A stretch of 64,000 nt of DNA from Cenococcum geophilum. Taxonomy: Eukaryota. The DNA is taken from NCBI GenBank assembly GCA_050273025.1, contig CP158635.1, positions 2,418,001 through 2,482,000 of the forward strand, written 5' to 3'. Below the pieces are notes generated by a model that saw only the letters and a list, made by a program, of their open reading frames with translations, ran no database searches and was not told the DNA's origin. Numbering within the stretch: position 1 is the first letter of the stretch; every line of letters begins with the position of its first letter. The position numbers and the translations under genes were made by a program. Below, piece after piece: positions 13,201-27,400 of this stretch.

Positions 13201-16200
13201 TAATGTTTTTATATAAAGTACGCCCCTAGTATATAATCTAATGCATTTATTTCTATAACTATCTCTAGTCCTAGTTAATAGATTCTAAAAACTGGCTCCT
13301 AGGTAAATAATTCTTTAATTTTCCTAAATAACCCCTACTATTCCTTTCCCTATATCTATGGTTCTTCTTTCTTCGTTAATTACGTAAGCGGTTTAATATT
13401 TTTTAACTACTGCGCTATAAACCTCCTATAGTAATTACAAAACCCTAAGAATAATCTTAATTACGTAACATTCTCTAGTTCTTACTAATTTACTATAGCC
13501 TTAATCTTTTTTAAACCTATACTAAGTTAGCCTAGTTTAATAATAAATCTAATAAAATTGGTCTTCCTAGTAAAGAACTTGCATTTTTTAATTACTACTA
13601 GCATCTATTCTTCCTATAGTCTCTTTAAAACCTATTTAATGTGCTCTTTATGCTCTTCCTTAGTTATAAAGTAGATAATAATATTATTAAAATATACCGT
13701 AATAAATTCATCTAAGTATTCTCCTAACACATTATTAATACGCTTTTAGAATATTACTAGTGTGTTTATAAGCCTAAATTGCATAACTAATAGCTTATAT
13801 AGTCCTTCCTTTAACCTAAAGGCTACTTTCTATTTATCGCCTTCCTTAATTCTAATCTAATGGTACGCCTATCTTAGATCTATCTTTATAAAGATTTACG
13901 TATTACCTATCCTATCTTAGATTTTACTAATTAAGGGTAAAGGATATCTATCCTTCCTAGTAATGTTATTTAACTGTCTATAGTTAATATACAGCCTTAG
14001 CTTACCGTTTTTCTTTAGTATAAATAGTACTAGATAACCTACTAATAACTACAATAGTCTAATATATCCCTTTTGTAGGTTTTTCTAAACAAACTCTTTT
14101 AATGCTCTACCTTCTTCTTTAGTAAGCTTATAGATTGGAAAGAACCTTAGACTTATTCCTAGTTCTAATTCTATCTTATAGTCCTATACTATATACTCTA
14201 ACAGCTTTTTACTTTTTATTAACTATAGTTTCTTACTATACTTATAGTATCTCTTTAGTATATAGCTTAGTCCTTTTTCTATTCCTTTATAGGTTACTCC
14301 CACTTAGTACTATACTAACTTAGTTTATTATTATATCTTATAATATTAAGTATTTTTAATATCGACCTGACCTATAACCTAATCGATCTTTAGATTATAT
14401 TCCTATAACTAAGGCATTCCTAGTACTACCTTATTATTCCCTAATAGTAATATATTAAAAGACATCTTAATTTATCTTCCTTTAATAGTTCACTAAATAG
14501 GTCCTATTTTAAGATTAATAATCCCTCCTCTATAGGTTATTAGATCTCCTAAAATTATAACTAATAGGTAAGGTTACTCCTTCTTCCTATAAGGTAGCCC
14601 TATTCTTTTAACTACTACTAATAAAATATAGTTTCATATTACTCCACTATCTATTAATGCTTTAAACTGTTAATCTTACCATTTTACTCGTAAATTTAGG
14701 TATTATCCTTAAATTCCTTTAAGGGTCTAAGGCTCTACTACTAGTTCCCTCTAGTCCTATAGGCCTCTACTTTTCCCAACTATTAGCTTCTTAATCCTAT
14801 TTATACTTAGTCCGTCTTTAGCCAATACTTAATTTACTTTTTATCTTTAATATACTATAGACACGTGTTTTCTAGGCATTCCCACCACTATTATCTATCT
14901 AGGTATTTTTCTATAAGGAATCTTCCTAGCTAAAGTATTAAGTCCCCTTAGGTTTGCACTTTTACTAGGTGCTAACTATATATATACTTAGTATTTCTAT
15001 ACTTTCCCTTATCTAGTACCTAATATATCCTTACTAGGTACTTCTAGTTCTTATTTTTTAGCGTTCTATATATATTATACGCATTATCTATATATGCAAT
15101 CTATACCAATATATAGTATACTTAGTGTCTTAGGTTAACTCTTAGCTTATCTTTATCCTTAAGTTTAAACCTTTTTGTATTAATCTAAGCGTTATAACTT
15201 TATTTACAGGTACTAAGATTTACCTCTTACTTCTCTAGTCCTCTAATTACTCCTTTAGATCTTTTAACGTCATAATTAAGGCTCCTTTAATATAACTTAT
15301 AGCCTTTTCCGTAATCGGGTGGTTCTAGATAACTTTTTCGTCCAACTATATATAGAAATCTTCCCACTTATCGTTATGCCTCTGCCTATACCACTTTTAG
15401 TATAGCTGCTAGAGTATATACGGCTTATCCGTAAGGAAGTATCTTCTTATTACTATATTGTAATAGCCCTTTATATTTCATTCATTAAATCTAGTTAGAA
15501 TCCCTAGATCCTCTTCTTATTCCAATTTAATAAGCTACTTAACTCTTAGTGTGCCTGCTCTAGGCCTATTAGTAATTCTTTATACTAGCGCTCTGTCCCT
15601 TATACATCTTAATATACTAGATTTCTTATCTAATTTCTGTTCTTGCCATAAGGTAATTCTTACTCTAAATTCCTCCGTAGTTTCTTTCCTTTCGCGTCTT
15701 ATAAGTAGATCCTTAAAGTCCTCTTACTTCTTAATCTTAATCTTATCTTTTTAATCTTTAGGCCGAACACTATATTCTCCTGGTAAGTCTTTTAGGTCTA
15801 TATATCTGTCTCCTAGTCTAACTGCTATTTATATCGCAGATTCTCTAATCTATAAAGAGGCTCCTTGCCTTTCGCTTATAGGTGTCCTAATTTATACTCT
15901 AAATTCTTAGTTCCTTAGATTCTTTAATTCTAAGCTTGCTTTTAACTTAAGCTTGGCTTCTACCTTAGTCTGACTAGGCTTAGGTGTTCTTATCTCGTTT
16001 TAAGAGTCTTAAATCTTACTTATCTTGTCTTAAGAATCTTATGCCTATAGGAAACTCTATTCTAAGCTTATTTGTATATCTTTAAACTAAGCTACTGCTC
16101 TACTCTATTAGTTTTTATCCGTTATAGGTCCTTAAGCTTACCTTATCTCACTTTAAGAATCTTAGTCGTCTCTTATCTTATCTTAAGAATCTTAAGCCTT

Positions 16201-18196
16201 TAGCCTTTTGCCTTTATTAAGTGCTAAAGTAATTCACTATCCTACTTCTCTTACATCTTATAAAGCGATAGATATCGTGTCTAGTAGGGTCTTAATCCCA
16301 ACTAATATTCCCTATTCTATAGTGGAATTATCCTCTACCTCTTATATAACACCTCTAAGGTCTATATACTTCTAGTAAGCCGCCCTTATTACCTTATTAT
16401 TATGGAATATTTTACCTACGTTAAACTTATTATCTTTAATATCCGATCTACAAACTAGTTCGTTTATTCCCCTATAATTTAAGGATTTTAGCTCCTATAG
16501 CTAATAGCTTACGCTATACTTAGCGTCTTTATAAATTTAGCATGCGTTATTATAATAAAACGCAAAACTTCTAATTAAACATTCTTTTATTCCCCGTAGT
16601 ATACTGTCGTTTCTCTATACGTATATATCTTCTACTGTTAGTCTAGTTCCCTTTATTATATAATAACTCTAACTATCTTTATAATCCCTTACAAAGTAAC
16701 CTTATTTCCTATAATTTATATAAGCTCCGTCTTTAAACTACTAACTTTACTATAGAGTCCGCCTAAACATCTTCTACTACTAAGATCCCTGGTTTAGCCT
16801 TTACTCCTTAGTCCTATAATTACTAGATCCTTAACCTCTAGGTTTTTATAGTTTTTTACTCTATCTCTTATAGGCTTCTCTAGTACCACTTAGGTCTATT
16901 AGCTCCGCGCTATACTATAGTTTCTAACTTAGCTTTAGTTATTGCGTACTCTACATTTTATATAACTATAAAGCTCTATCCTAACCCTTCTTAGCCTATT
17001 CCCTTTAGTAGATCCAATTATTAATCTTAATCACTTAATCTATTAAATCCTATAGGGTATCCGCATCTTCTATTAGGATAATTACATCCTAGACTTTAGC
17101 CTTAAGTCCCTATTTATACTATGCCATAAGCGCCCTATTATTCTACTTAACTTACGTTACTAGCGTCTAAAACTACACTATATATTTAATTACTGAGGTT
17201 TATTACATAATATTTTAAAGTTTTCTTTCTACTGTAGTTACTACCTCTAGGTCTCTAAATATTTACGTAAGTTATTCTATAAATCCATTCTAGCTTAAGA
17301 ATATAAACCGTACCTCTTAGTTTATAGTTGTTATTCCGTTTACCTAAATTTCCATAAGGTAAGGCTTAAACCACTTAAGTGCCCTTCCTGTTAAGAACAA
17401 TCCTACATACGCTATTTGATCTATAGATATTACCAGCTTAGCTCCTTCCTATATAACCTTAAAGTATATTTATATAAGGAATCCTTTAAGCTTTAATCTC
17501 TCTCCTAAGAATCTTTTAATTAATAGTAACTTAACCTTTACTGCGCCTATCCCATTAATCCTAGTTTTAAGTACTACATTATTTTCCGTTAACTGGTTAA
17601 CTATCTCTTATAGTTGTTTAACCGTTACAGGTTACTATAAGTTAGTATCTGCCATACTAGTATCACCTAACCTTAAAGTAGTTGCCGCCGTTAATGGCGT
17701 TATAGTGGCTGCTTTTAGTGGTATATTGTTTAACTTTCTATATTTAGTACCGTAACTAGGTAGTAATTATATAATGGAACCTTATAGCAAAAACTACGGT
17801 GGGCTCGTTATTAGGCTAGGTGTATAGGTGGCGTAAATTAAAGTCAATAACGTAACAATAATAACTAGTAGAGTAGTTGCCTAATAGATTAACTCCAATT
17901 ATATTCTAAGAATTACTATAAGGAAGGAACTATCTAGGTAGGGACTAAGGGTCCTTAAATACACAACTATACTCCTATAAAACCCTTCTTATACGTAATA
18001 TACGTGTGCTTTGTCTACTCTATTACGGATTATACAGATTCTACAGATTATATAGATTATGTTATATAACCTTAGTTATTATTCCTCATTATATAGCTCT
18101 ATCGGCTCCATCCTAGACCGTACCTATATTAACTAACTAGCTTCTTCCAACTCTTCCCCAAGTAGTTATAATATTGTACTTAAAGCGTCCGTAATA
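10227..18196 (-). mobile_element. Ty3/Gypsy chromovirus, family A copy 1 (427-bp LTRs at 10227-10653 and 17770-18196), RIP-inactivated
   Basis: Matching LTRs TGTAACGG...GTAACA; PPT complement CTATCTCCCTCCTCT at 10654; gag ~17730-16600; RT GEYLDEFITVYFNNII (~13670-13720); RNase H, integrase, chromodomain (~11400-11560). Flanks GTTAT and TTAAT do not form a TSD. Confidence 0.92.
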
Positions 18197-18463
18197 TTAA
18201 TCTATTAATAGTAAGATCTTAAATATTTTGGTATTCGTTACGTGTATTCTATAGGTAGATACCACTCGCGTTTTTTTTTCTAACTAATAAAAAGCTGGCT
18301 TTCTAATTAATTAGAAGCTAGCTTAGTGGGAGTTTAAAATCTAAAACCCCTAAACCCAAATATATAGACCACTTATACCTTAGGTCAATAAATCCAGATA
18401 GTCCTCTTATAGCCCTTTAGCTTAATTATATATATATCCACTAAGTAGTGCATAGGCGCCTAC

Positions 18464-21400
18464 TATAACAGCGCTATCGCACGTTACCTACTAAATTCTA
18501 CCATATTCTGCCGACTTGCGATTAGCCCGCCCAAAGCTAGCGCCTTAGCGGCTCACCCTATATAATTATTTACATCGGTCCTAGCGACCCCTTTTCCTTC
18601 TCTTTAGCTTAGTATCTTTATAAGATAGTATTCTACAAGCTTTGGTTTAGAAGCACTTATATAAGCTATTATATTATACTAAGCTCTCCCTATATTACCT
18701 AGGAAGGCCTTAATAATATCCTATCCTAAAAAGAAAACTTTGTCTATAATAACGCGTTAATATGCTATACTTAGACACTAAAACAACTTTATATTACCTA
18801 GGAAGGCCTAGATAATATCCCACCTTATAAGCTAGATAGAACTAGACCTATACCCCTAGAATTAAAACTAAAGCATATAATACTGATAAACCCTAGGAAG
18901 CTAATAATGGCACCTAAAGTAAGCTTATTTAAGAGAGTTGCCTCTACCTAAGAGAAACCTAAGATCCAATTGGGATTAGAAATTAAAGATAATAATAATA
19001 TTATAGACATACGCAAGCAGATTCGCGCCCTCGTAGCTAGCTAGAAAGCCAATTGTCTTAAGGTAAAAAATATATAAAAGATCCTATAAGAGATCCTAGA
19101 AAGCCTTACAGCCCTATAAAATAGCCTAGCTTCCCCTTCTTAAAGCCCTAGCTAATATACTTACTCTACTAAATATAATATACTAGGGAGTATAGATATA
19201 ATAATAAAGTAATTAAAGTTTGTTAAGCTCCCTAACCCCTAACTACTACCTAATAGAATAGACCCTACCTTTAAGAATTAGAGGATTTAAGTATAAGGAA
19301 AGCTCTGCGTTAACTATAACTATTTCCTTTCTAAGGAAGCCAAAATGCTCTACCTTTTTAGTCGAACTATTAGGGACGCCCAACGGCACCTTTAAGCCAA
19401 ATTTAAGGACACAATTCCCCTATCCAATTTATATCTATTAATAAGATAATATGGTACCTAGTAGCTATTTATATTAACCTAAACAAAGTATAGGACGCCT
19501 GGTATAATTATAATCGCCTAATAATAAAACCGAACTAACCCTTTATGTCACAGCACTGACCTAACGCATACTGTTTTATACTGTCTTATACTATTTCCTA
19601 CTATTAGCTAGCCTACTACTAGCGACTTAGCGGCCGGCCCTACTATTTGTATACAATACCCCCTTTCCACCTTCTTCCCCTCTTTATACTATAACGTAGT
19701 TATTCAGTCTACTTTATTGCAGCACTGTGACAGTTTATAGTATCTTTAATTTACCCCCCATCGCAATTACTAATTCCCCGTACCCTAGCTAATTGACCTC
19801 CACCCTAGAGCAATCGCAACCTATACGCGCCCCTGCTAAAACCGACACGTCCCCAGCACAGTCCTAGAACGATCCTTAGTTTTTACCTAGTACTTAGATG
19901 GGCGACACTAATAACGCCAAAATAGCCGAAACCTAGAACCCCTATGACATTTTCACAGACCTCTTTATAGAGATATACCCTAATATTATATAGACAATCC
20001 GCCGCTCCCCATTGTACCCTAAGACCTTTAAGCCTAACAAAGCTTACCTTACCCTTATTAACTATACTAACGAGTTCCTTAGTAATATTAAAGTAGGACT
20101 ATAGTGCATATATAATATAAACACCGCTAATAAAAAAGCTAACGAAAACCTTAGTGCCCTTATCGCTTCCCAGATAGGAACTATTAACTCCTAGGTAAAG
20201 ACTATTACCATTTTAAAACAATTAACCCCTATAATAATAGTAGTAACCTAGTAGAAAAAACGGAGATCTAAAGACCCGCTAATATTTAGCGGAAAAGGCA
20301 CCCTACTAGAACGATAAGCTAATTTTAAAACCTAGCATATTAAGATTAAGGGAGTCTTTAACCGGGACTGGGACTACTTTAATATAGTTTAGTCCCAGAT
20401 CCTTTATATCTTAGATATACTAAAGGATAAGGCCTATAAGTTTATTAAGCAGGGCTTAGAGCTTATATATAAGAACCCAAACAATACATCTGCGTGAAAA
20501 TGGCCTACTAAGGAAAATATACTTAAAGACCTTACTACCTACTATAAGGTCCTTAATATAACCCAAGTTATAAAGAATAAGCTTAACTATTTCCCCTAGG
20601 GCAAGTATAATTACTAGTCCTAGAAGGGAGAGCTTAATAAGCTAATAGTTTACGCTAAGAAGACAGACAAATAGAAGGTAGACCTACTCTAAAAGTTTAT
20701 CTCTCCAAAGATAGAAGAGCTAGTACTTAGACTTGCCTATAAAATTAATAACAGCAACTATATAGGTTAGAGTAAGCAGATAGATATATTCGCTAAAAAC
20801 CTCGTAAACTATATATATTAAGCTAACCTTAAGAAAAACGCCAACCACCGCCTACCTGCCCAAGCCCCTACCCCTATATTAACCCCAACCCTAGTAGTAA
20901 CTAGAGAACTTATAAACCTTAATAGAATCTTAGATATAGAGCGTAAGCGCCGCATTAATAATAGACTATACCTTGCCTATAGCCTACCTAGCTACTAAAA
21001 AGATGCCTATAACCCCGCTAAAATAGTAAACCTAGTCCTAATGCCACCTTGTTAAATAACGCGAACTAATAACCGCGGACGTGGTAACCGTGGAGTCTAT
21101 TATAAACGCGGCAACTGTAGAGCCTATTATAGCCGCGGCGGACAACCCCCCCCCCTTTAACCCTACGGCTTAGTTATTTTAAACTATGCCCTATATAGGA
21201 GCCCAACCCGTTAATAACGCCTAGTATTAGCGACTTCGCGCTAGCGAATATAAACACGGCTACGTTATTAGCAAGGTATTATCTTCCTATACCCTAACCA
21301 AAACTAAAACTAATACCACCAGCCAGACGGACACTAGACCGCCCCGCTAAGACAGCCTTATACCCTAGTCGTTAAAAGGTAAACCCTTAAACTAAGTTAT

Positions 21401-24400
21401 ATTTAAGGATCTAAACCATATAAGGAGGAAGACGAGAAAATTAGGTCCCTATTACTAGATTAATTAGTCCTTTCTATTAGTAAACTACTACTTAATCTTA
21501 AATCAGCAAATAGTAATAAGAAATTAATCCTTATTTAAACCTAACTCTCCTTATTACGTAACCTATACCCCTAAGTTTATATTAATATAGTAAGCCTAGT
21601 AGACTCCGGTAATACTATAATGGTATTTACTAACGCAGAGTCTATTATAAGAAAATATAACGTTATAACTAAGAAGCTACTGGCACTTAAGCTACTACGC
21701 CTTGTAAATAGCATCCCAACTTCGCTTATTACAAACTACTTTACCGCCCAAATATTAATCGGCCTCTATACTAAAGCTATACTCTTTTTTATTACTAAAC
21801 TCTCGCCCACTACCCTAATTATCCTAAGTATACCCTAGCTTTAGAAGTATAAGCCCCATCCCAGCTTTAGGAAACTTAAGATCCGCTTTAACTTAGACTA
21901 CTACTTTAAGCACTACCTCCTATAGAGGATAACCGACATTAGCAAGGACGCCTTATATAGATACTCAACACTACTAAGCCTAGTGCCTAGGACTATATAT
22001 AAAGCCCTAATAGTAAAAGACGTTCCTAATAAAGGGGAGCCTATATAGCTGTAAAGAAATAAGATAGTAGAAGACTGGACTACCCTAGCACTTAAGACTA
22101 AAACGATGGGCTAGCCAGCCCCACCAAGACCAAGGAAGAAGGTCCGCTTCGCGCCGCTACTACTAAGAATCCAACCCTAACCTAGGCACTATTTAAACCC
22201 TAGCCGCCTAGCCTAATACCTAGAACTAAGCTATATACTATATACGCACACTATAGCTCGCGTTATAGTAAGGACTAGCTATAGAACTACTAAGACCCAG
22301 ATAATAGAAACCGCGCTACTATAACGCCTAACCTTACACCTGTCTCCCGCGCGTACTATATAGGGCCACCACCTTGTTTCCGCCCCCCTAGGCTAACTAA
22401 GCTGTACTAGCCTAGCCGTAGCACTAGAGAACCAAATACGCCCTAACCTAGACAATATTAAATGCACTTATGCTATTAATTTTACCCAGTTCTATAAATA
22501 AAAAGATATAAAGGTAATAAGGATCTATATAGCGGAGCTAGTAAAACTAGTTAAATAAGATAAGCACCGACAGCTACTTAAAGAGCTACCTATAGGCCTA
22601 ATAGAAGTACCAAACCTATTAAAAAGGTCTTTCCGCTAGCTAGTAAAAGGCAACTATATAATAAAGGAAGCCCGTAAAGTGCTCCCCCCCTATTTCTATA
22701 ACTTCCTTAAGATAAATCTAAAAACTAAACCCAAGCTTTTACATCGGAAGATAGTCGACACTAATGTTAAAAAATTCCTAAAAAGTAAACCAGGATTAAC
22801 CTACGAAGATATTCTACAACGCCTACTAAAGGAGTTTAGTAAATATATTAAGCACTTCTTCCCTAAAAATATAGATAAGCTGCCCCTTTACCAACCATAG
22901 GACTATAAAATTAAGATTACCCCTAGAAACTAGGCCCCATACTATAAAAATAAACCACTCTTACCTACTAAACTTAGGTGTATAAAAAAGTGGATTAATA
23001 AGATGCTAGATAAGGGTTTTATCCGCGAATTAACCTCACTAGCTATTACACTACTCCTCTTTACTACTAAGCCCAGGGTAATATATAAATCTACTATAAC
23101 TACCAAGGCCTAAATATAGTCACTATTAAAAATTAATACCCACTACTACTAATTCGCGAGACACTTAACGCACTTTATAGTGCTAAGTACTTTACTAAAC
23201 TTAATATAATTACTATATTTAACCGGATCCGGATTATAAAGGGCTATAAGTAGCTTATAGCATTTATTACCCGGTTCGGACTCTATAAGATACTAGTTAT
23301 ACTATTTAGCCTTTATAACGCACCCGCTATATTTTAAAACTATATTAACTATATTTTATACAACGCCCTTAACAACTACTGCACTGCCTACCTTAATAAT
23401 ATTCTTATCTTTTCTAAAATATACGCCGAGCACACTAAGTATGTAAATGAAATTATCCAAAGACTTGGTAATACTGGACTTTAGATTAATATTAATAAGT
23501 CTAAGTTCTACTCTACTAAAATAAAATACCTCGGCTTAATTATCTTAACTAATAGTATAACTATGGACCCTAAGAAGGTACAGGCCTTATAGGAATAGAA
23601 AAACCCAACATTAATTAAAGAACTATAACAATTTCTTAGCTTCGCGAACTTCTACTAACGATTTATCTAAGGCTACTCTGCTATTGCTACACCTATAACA
23701 AAACTCTTAAAGAAGGATATTAGATGGCTATAGGGACCAAAATAAGCTAAATCGTTTAAGGCCCTTAAGGGAGCCTTTACTTTAGCACTAGTACTAGCAT
23801 ACTATAACTATATAAAGAAAACAGTGGTAGAGACAGATGTATTAAATTAGGCTTCTAGCGAAGTCCTTTCCCAGTATAACAATAACGGAAAATTAAGACC
23901 GGTCGCATTCTTCTCTATAAAGTACTTTGCGCTAAAGTATAACTATAAGATCTATAATAAAGAACTCTTAGCTATTATTAAGGCTTTAGAGGAATAGCGT
24001 CCTAAGCTATAAGGGACTAAGGAGCCGTTTAAAATTATTACCGACTATAAAAACCTATAGATATTTATAACTACTAAGTAGCTAAACTAGCGCCAAGTCT
24101 AGTGGGTAGAGTTCCTTTTATAGTTTAACTTTATAATTATATACAGACCTAGTAATAAAGCTACGCTCCCTAATACCCTAAGCTGGCTACTAGGAATAAA
24201 ACCTAAGGATACTAATAATAAACGCCTCCGCCACTGAGCCTAAGTCGTTATACCGCCCTAGAAAGTTAACCCTATAATCTTAGAAGAATTACTATACAAG
24301 TCCTATAACTCTAACAACGCGGAGTTTATAGCCGCTCTAGACCCTAAAATAGCTAAAAGGTTACTAGATAAGTTAATCTGGCTAAAATACTAGGAGAATA

Positions 24401-27400
24401 AACTCGCAAGAGATATAGTAGCAGCCCTACGTAATTAAAAAGCTTACCATTAGCTAAAGAAGATTAGGAAATTACTTTATTGCAATAAGTTAGAATATAG
24501 TATTATTAACGGATAGATCTACTTCCGCTAACGTCTTTTTATCCCTAACGCCCTAGACCTCTACCTAGAAGTTACCTATTACTCTTATAGCAGTAGCCCC
24601 ACTAATTACCCCAGCCGGGTTAAAACTCTTAACCTCTTAAACTAAATATACTAGTAGCTAGGAATCTCCTAGTTTACGGCTACCTTCGTTAAAGACTATG
24701 CCCTATACTTTCGCACTAAGACCCCCTATTCTACCCCACCCAGTTTCCTAAAGCTACTAAAATTACCCACTCGCCTATAGACCGATATTTTAATCAACTA
24801 TATTATAACGCTGCTAGTATACTAACGCTACGGTAAGGTATATAAACATATCCTTATTATTATAGACCGCCTAACTAAAACGCGACACCTTATTCTAGTA
24901 ATAGGACTCTTAATAAAGGAGCTAGTTAATAGCTTTATTAACAACATATATAAGCTCTATGGTGCACTAAGCACGATTATCTCTAATTACAGTATATAAT
25001 TTATTAGCAACTTCTAGTAATAACTAAGTAAACGCCTTAAGACAACCTTGCGATTAAGCTTAGCCTAATACTTAGAAATAGACGGCCAAACCGAAATTAT
25101 TAATACTGCTATAAATAAATACTTCTGTGCTTTTATTAGCTTTATATAGGACAACTAGGTTAACTATCTACCACTTACTAAGTTTGCTATAAATAACCAA
25201 GTTAATAAGAGTATAGGTATCTCCCCGTTTTTTACAAACTATAGCTTTAACCCTCGCCTTAAAATCAAGCCTGCTGGCCCCTACCTACTAACACTATTAG
25301 TATAAGCAAAGAAGGAGTTCTTTTGCGTAAACTCTATAGCCAACCGCTTTAAGCGGATATTAATACAGCTTAAGGCCCTAGCCTAGATTTCATAGCAACG
25401 CTATAAAGACAATGCTAATACCTATAGGGATAAGAGCGCGTTATTCTATAAAGGTAATATAGTTATAGTTAGCTTAGAAAATATAAAGATAAATAGACCT
25501 AAGAAGAAATAGGACGATAAATGGGACAGCCTATACCCCATACTCGCAGTATACTAAAGGGTAATTATAGTAAACCTTCTGGACCATATCCGAGTAAACA
25601 AATCCTTTTATATATTTAAGGTCCGCCTTTAGGCTGCTAAAGAGATCCCTAGCTAAGTAAATATTAATACTATAGAGCGCCGTAATATACAAGGACAAGT
25701 GGTAGAAAGAGATAACGACGGCAATATAGAAGACAAATAGGAGTTTAAGAAAATCCTTAATATACACAACGAAGACCCCTAGGGCCTAACTTATAAGATT
25801 AAATAGAAATATTATAAGGATATAACCTAGCAGCTAGAGGAAGACCTAAAGGTTTGCAAATAAGCTATATAGCGTTTTTATAAGCAATACCCTAAAAAGC
25901 TAGGACCCCTAGACTAGGTATAAGATAAGGAAAAGTTACGCTAAGGTCGCAGCCGACCACCGTATTAAAATTTATGGTGGTTAAGATGTTATAAAACTTT
26001 AACTAGCGGTTAAAGTTATCTAATTAGCCAAATTCTCGCTAAGAAACGCCATATAGACCAATTTAGGTGGCGGTATAGAGTTCTGCCAACCTTACTTACT
26101 AAACTAACTAATTAGGATTTTCCATGCCCGGTATAGAAAATTGCTATTAGCTTAGTTAAGGGCGGTAAGCGGAACTAATATCTTCGCGGTAAAAAATAGG
26201 CAACCCCGTATACTGCCTATTTTTAAGTTATCTATTTAGTTTAGGGACTAAACCATCTAGGGGAGAGGAGTACTGTTACGGCACTAACCTAACGCATACT
26301 GTTTTATACTATCTCGTACTATTTCCTACTATTAGCTAGCCCACTACTAGCGACTTAGCGGCCGGCCCTACTATTTATATACAATACCCCCTTTCCACCT
26401 TCTTCCCATCTTTATACTACAACGTAGTTATTTAGTCTACTTCATTGCAGTATTGTAACACTTTACTAAATTCTAGACTTAATTCCTATACCTTATAGAA
26501 GAAGGCTAGGTTCCCCTTAAGAACTACTAATTAGACCTATATAATAAGCTAATAATTCGGCTATAAGAGAAGATTGCTATAACCTTTAGATAACCTTCTA
26601 CCGTATAACAAACTTATAACTTATTACCTATTACTAAATTTAAAACTAAAGCGAATTAACGCCCGCCCTAATTGGCAGAAGCAACCCTAGAATAATTAAA
26701 ACTTATTAGCTACACCTATAGGAGCTAAAGTAGAAAGATAAGCTATAACCGCTTATATACTAAAAGCGGTCATATCTATGTATCAGCGGGCCTCGCCTGA
26801 CTAGCTATGTACTATACCCCTAACTAATACTTATCGCAATACCCCGATTAACCCTGCCTTAGCTACTTACTATAACTATAATAAGGAAGGTTACTTTGCC
26901 TTATCTTGCCCAGAGCTAAAGGATATAGGCGATATTAAAGAAATAGAGGAAGGAGAAACGTCCAACGAGTTGGGAAAAACTCCTCCCTAGGGTACCCTAT
27001 TAATCTTAAAGAGATTAATCTTAATTAGTTAATAGGTGGAAAGCATTTTACCGTTTTATATATAGTATCTTAAAATAGATATAGAGTAAATATAACTACC
27101 CTTATTAATACTAAAGCAAATAGCTTCGCCTTTATAAATACTACCTATATAAATAATGTTGCTAAATTTCTAAATATAGAAGCCACCTAATTAGAGAAGC
27201 CTGTCTAAGTAAAAGGCTATAATGGCTAAGCCGGTTAGCCGGTTACCCATATCTTAAAGTTATATATCGCTCTTAACGGACGACGCTAATATAGTATCCC
27301 TTTCTGCATTTTAGACCTAGGGTCCTATAATATAATCCTTAGCCAAAAATAGATATCCTATTTTAATATTTGGCTAAATATATAATAAAGACAATTTATT

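Noticed and set aside
10753..25767. Short I/L/Y-rich ORFs in the ORF track
   Set aside because: Chance or residual frames inside RIP-destroyed retrotransposons; not independent genes.
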